A program made the translations under genes and the position numbers. The notes under the pieces are model-generated. The model was not told the DNA's origin and ran no database searches. It was given only the letters and a program-made list of their open reading frames with translations. From NCBI GenBank assembly GCA_963841435.1, contig CAWJCS010000006.1, forward strand, positions 736,001 through 800,000: a DNA stretch of 64,000 nt, written 5' to 3'. Below are positions 60,302 through 64,000 of this stretch, piece by piece (within the stretch, counting starts at the first letter, position 1; each line of letters starts with the position of its first letter). Source of the DNA: an uncultured delta proteobacterium. GTDB lineage: Bacteria; Myxococcota_A; Polyangia; Polyangiales; Polyangiaceae.

Positions 60302-62848
60302 ATGATCAAACCAATCCGCGCCAGCCACCCGCTCTACGGCCTCTTGCCGACGGAGATCGACGGCTTCGATTCCCTGGCGGAGCTCGCGCTGGACATGTGT
60401 TGGTCGTGGAATCACGCCACCGACCAGGTCTGGCGTCAGCTCGATCCCGGGCTGTGGGAAATCACGCACAACCCCTGGGTCGTCCTGCAAACCGTGTCGC
60501 GCGACCGCATCGAGCGGGTATTGGCCGATCCCGTCTTTCGCAAGGATGTCGATCGCCTGCTGCAAACCAGGCAGCGAGTGGAGGAGGCGCCAGCCTGGTT
60601 CCAGCGAGCGCACTCGACCGCGCCCCTGACCTCAGTCGCGTATTTCAGCATGGAGTTCATGTTGAGCGAAGCCTTGCCCATCTATTCGGGTGGGCTCGGC
60701 AACGTGGCCGGCGATCAGCTCAAGGCCACGAGCGACCTGGGCGTGCCCGTGGTCGGCGTGGGGCTCTTGTACCAGCAGGGCTATTTCCGCCAGGTGATCG
60801 ACAAGGACGGAGCGCAAGAGGCCCTCTTCCCTCACAACGACCCCGGGCAGCTGCCCATCACTCCCGTTCGCCAGGCCAACGGCGGGTGGTTGCGGTTGGA
60901 GATCGCTCTGCCCGGCTACTCGGTCTGGCTGCGCGCTTGGCAGGTTCGCGTCGGCAGAGTGAGGCTGTACCTTCTGGACAGCAACGATGCGGCAAACGTC
61001 CCCATTCACCGAGGCATCACCAGCGAGCTCTACGGCGGCGGGCCGGAGCTGCGGCTCAAGCAAGAGCTCCTGCTCGGGATCGGAGGATGGCGCCTCCTCG
61101 TTTCGCTAGGGCTGAAGCCGGAGGTGTGCCACCTGAACGAGGGACATGCGGCATTCGCCGTGCTCGAGCGCGCTCGTAGCTTCATGCAAGAGACCGAGCA
61201 ACCCTTCGAAGTCGCGCTGGCCGTCACCCGAGCCGGAAACCTTTTCACGACGCATACGGCAGTGGCCGCGGGCTTCGACCGGTTCGCGCCCGAGCTCGTC
61301 GAGCACTACCTGGGTCGGTACGCGCAAGAGAAACTGGGCATTTCAGTCGAGGCGCTGTTGGCGCTGGGCCGCGCGAACCCGAACGATTCGTCGGAGCCCT
61401 TCAACATGGCGTACCTCGCGGTTCGTGGAAGCGGGGCGGTCAACGGCGTGAGCCGCCTGCACGGGAAGGTGAGCCGCCGCCTCTTCGAGCCGCTCTTCCC
61501 TCACTGGCCGGAAGACGACGTGCCCGTCGGACACGTGACGAACGGGGTTCACATGCCGACGTGGGACTCCGCCGCGGCCGATGACCTCTGGACCGAGGGC
61601 TGCGGCAAGGACCGCTGGCTCGGCACGGCGACCAACCTGGAGAGAAGCATTCGCCGGATATCGGACGCGAAGCTCTGGCACCTGCGCACCGACGCCAGCG
61701 CGGCTCTCGTCGAATACGTCCGCGGCCGCCTGTCGCGACAACTGATCGTTTCGGGAGCGACCGCGGACGAGGTGGAAACGGCGAAACATCTCTTCGACCC
61801 CCGAGCACTCACGCTCGGCTTTGCGCGACGCTTCGCCAGCTACAAGAGACCGAACCTCGTCTTGTACGATCCAGCGCGCTTGCTCCGCCTCCTGACCAAT
61901 CCGGAACGGCCGGTGCAGCTCGTCATCGCCGGCAAGGCCCACCCCGAAGACCGGGCGGGGAAGGCCCTGATCCAGGAATGGATACGCTTCATCCGCCGGC
62001 CCGAGACCCGCCCCCACGTCGCTTTTCTGAGCGACTACGACGTCATGCTCGCGGAGAGACTCGTGCAGGGTGCGGACGTTCGGATCAACACCCCGAGGCG
62101 ACCTTGGGAGGCGAGCGGGACGAGCGGCATGAAGGTGCTGGTCAACGGTGGCATCAATCTGTCGGAGTTGGACGGCTGGTGGGCGGAAGCCTACACGCCC
62201 GAGGTCGGCTGGGCGCTCGGGGACGGTCTGGAGCACGGTGACGATCCGGCGTGGGACGCCGTCGAGGCCAACGCGCTTTACGACCTGCTCGAGCGCGAAG
62301 TGATCCCCGAGTTTTACGCTCGAGACGCGGACGGCATCCCCACCGCTTGGGTGAAGAGGATGCGGACCAGCATGGCGGAGCTGACTCCGCGCTTCTCCGC
62401 CGACCGGGCGGTGCGCGAATACACCGAGCAATACTATCTCCCGGCTGCCGCCCGATACCGGGAACGCGCGGCGAACCAGGGCGCCGGAGGCAAGCGGCTC
62501 TTGGACTGGCAGCGCGCCGTGGATCGAGATTTTGGCTCGCTCCGCTTCGGAGAAGTGCGTGTCCAGGCCGGCTCAGCCGAGCTCGTATTCGAGGTTGATG
62601 TCTTTGCGAACGCCCTGGACCCGAGCGCGCTCCGGGTCGAGCTCTACGCAGACGGCATCAGCGGTGGAGCGCCGGTGCGGGAGCCCATGACGTGCGAAAG
62701 CCCGCCGCGTGACGCGTCCCGCGCTTGCGTCTATCGCGCAACGGTACCCGCTACACGACCGGCGCGGGACTACACGCCGCGGGTGATCCCCGGCCGCTCC
62801 GGTCTGGCGGTGCCGCTGGAGTCGGCTCGTATCCTGTGGCAGCGATGA
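60302..62848 (+). CDS. glgP: Alpha-glucan (glycogen) phosphorylase
   Basis: AYFSMEF, YSGGLG, HLNEGH, FARRFASYKR, EASGTSGMK (PLP lysine), LDGWW. Confidence 0.95.
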   Translation: MIKPIRASHPLYGLLPTEIDGFDSLAELALDMCWSWNHATDQVWRQLDPGLWEITHNPWVVLQTVSRDRIERVLADPVFRKDVDRLLQTRQRVEEAPAWFQRAHSTAPLTSVAYFSMEFMLSEALPIYSGGLGNVAGDQLKATSDLGVPVVGVGLLYQQGYFRQVIDKDGAQEALFPHNDPGQLPITPVRQANGGWLRLEIALPGYSVWLRAWQVRVGRVRLYLLDSNDAANVPIHRGITSELYGGGPELRLKQELLLGIGGWRLLVSLGLKPEVCHLNEGHAAFAVLERARSFMQETEQPFEVALAVTRAGNLFTTHTAVAAGFDRFAPELVEHYLGRYAQEKLGISVEALLALGRANPNDSSEPFNMAYLAVRGSGAVNGVSRLHGKVSRRLFEPLFPHWPEDDVPVGHVTNGVHMPTWDSAAADDLWTEGCGKDRWLGTATNLERSIRRISDAKLWHLRTDASAALVEYVRGRLSRQLIVSGATADEVETAKHLFDPRALTLGFARRFASYKRPNLVLYDPARLLRLLTNPERPVQLVIAGKAHPEDRAGKALIQEWIRFIRRPETRPHVAFLSDYDVMLAERLVQGADVRINTPRRPWEASGTSGMKVLVNGGINLSELDGWWAEAYTPEVGWALGDGLEHGDDPAWDAVEANALYDLLEREVIPEFYARDADGIPTAWVKRMRTSMAELTPRFSADRAVREYTEQYYLPAAARYRERAANQGAGGKRLLDWQRAVDRDFGSLRFGEVRVQAGSAELVFEVDVFANALDPSALRVELYADGISGGAPVREPMTCESPPRDASRACVYRATVPATRPARDYTPRVIPGRSGLAVPLESARILWQR

Positions 62849-62921
62849 CGAAGACTCCGAGCGTCATCCTGCCGGCCTGGAGATCGAAGGCTCGAAGCTC
62901 GGAGCCACCGTGGGAGCTCCC

Positions 62922-63560
62922 ATGAAACGAGCCGTTCCGATCACGACGCTGTTCCTCGACATCGGCGGGGTCTTGCTCACCAACGGGTGGGATCATCATG
63001 CGCGCAGGCGGGCGGCGCGGGCCTTCGAGCTCGAGTGGGGCGAGATGGAGGAGCGCCATCAGCTGACCTTCGACACCTACGAGGAAGGCAGGCTCTCGCT
63101 GGAGGGATACTTGGGTCATGTGGTCTTCTACCAAAAGCGCTCGTTCACGCGGCTTCAGTTTCGACGCTTCATGTTCCTGCAGTCGCAGCCACACCCGGAG
63201 ATGATCGAGCTCGTCCGGGAGCTCAAGGCCCGGTACGGCCTCAAGATCGCCGTGGTCAGCAATGAAGGGCGTGAGCTGAACGAGTATCGGATTCGAAAGT
63301 TCAAGCTCGACGAGCTCGTCAACCTCTTCATCTCGTCTTGTTTCGTCCGTGTTCGCAAGCCGGATGCGGACATCTTTCGGCTGGCGCTGGACATCAGCCA
63401 AGCGCGTGCCGAAGAGGTCCTGTACATCGAGGACACCGCGATGTTTGTCCGAATCGCGGAGGGTTTGGGCATTCGCGGCATTCGGCACACGGACTACGCG
63501 TCCACGACAGGCGTGCTGGATTCCCTCGGATTTCGTGAGCACCCGAAGGGCGCGTCATGA
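62922..63560 (+). CDS. HAD-family phosphatase
   Basis: FLDIGGVLLTNGW, VSNE, RKPD. Confidence 0.9.
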   Translation: MKRAVPITTLFLDIGGVLLTNGWDHHARRRAARAFELEWGEMEERHQLTFDTYEEGRLSLEGYLGHVVFYQKRSFTRLQFRRFMFLQSQPHPEMIELVRELKARYGLKIAVVSNEGRELNEYRIRKFKLDELVNLFISSCFVRVRKPDADIFRLALDISQARAEEVLYIEDTAMFVRIAEGLGIRGIRHTDYASTTGVLDSLGFREHPKGAS

Positions 63561-64000
63561 AGCCGGGCGCTCCGCAGATCCTGACGATCAACGGCGGCTC
63601 GTCGAGCATCAAGTTCGCGCTGTTCGAGGCGGGCGCGTCATTGCGGCGAACGCTGGGTGGCTCGCTCGAGCGAATTGGAGCGCCCGAGGCCAGCTTGCAG
63701 GTGAAAGGCACGAACGAGGCGGCCATCGCTACGCATGCGGTCACGGCGCCGGATCACACTGCGGCCGTGGGCGTGCTGATGGACTGGCTCGAGGAGCACA
63801 TCGGACGGAGTGCGCTGACCGCCGTGGGCCACCGCGTGGTGCACGGCGGACCGAAATACAGCGAGCCTGCGCGCGTCACCCCGGGCATGCTCGCGGAGCT
63901 CCGTCGACTGAGTCCCTTCGACCCCGAGCATCTACCCGAGGAGATCCTGCTCGCCGAGGCGTTTCAGCGCCGATTTCCGAAGCTACCTCAGGTCGCATGC
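63557..64000 (+). CDS. ackA: Acetate/propionate kinase, 5' part (runs off the window; not in the ORF track)
   Basis: MKPGAPQILTINGGSSSIKFALF..AVGHRVVHGG..LSPFDPEHLP; ATGA overlap with the HAD gene. Confidence 0.92.
   Translation, partial: MKPGAPQILTINGGSSSIKFALFEAGASLRRTLGGSLERIGAPEASLQVKGTNEAAIATHAVTAPDHTAAVGVLMDWLEEHIGRSALTAVGHRVVHGGPKYSEPARVTPGMLAELRRLSPFDPEHLPEEILLAEAFQRRFPKLPQVAC

Noticed and set aside
1-64000. tRNA, rRNA, integrase, transposase or prophage genes
   Set aside because: None recognisable by eye; a covariance-model scan would be needed to exclude small RNAs

Overview
GC-rich bacterial DNA, most consistent with a myxobacterium (Polyangiaceae/Sorangiineae-like) given the Gly-rich-linker lipoproteins, MYXO-CTERM-like tails and a DUF1592/DUF1552 pair. 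Contents in order: secreted/lipoprotein genes (1-7.3 kb); an arabinan/xylan utilisation locus (GH39, GH51, two GH54, araB-araA-araD, LamB-type porin; 7.8-22 kb); a methyltransferase / FAD oxidoreductase / OsmC / PhyH / AAA-regulator cluster; an ABC exporter; an LVIVD, PKD-beta-propeller-multiheme and C-type lectin operon; a Cys-rich 'PWGPPVPP' protein coupled to a ferritin-like di-iron protein; a candidate signalling/conflict region (metallophosphoesterase, S8 protease, ferritin-like protein, MpaB/DUF2236 oxygenase, two LuxR regulators, TPR-trypsin, two TIR-TM-Cys-repeat receptor-like proteins); a PL9-like lyase; dps and usp; and a sigma54-type glgP-HAD-ackA operon. Two near-identical 197-bp MITE-like elements with terminal inverted repeats and CTAG flanks are present. 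Five apparent single-base frameshifts in four otherwise intact genes probably reflect sequencing error. All family assignments come from motifs read by eye; no searches were run.
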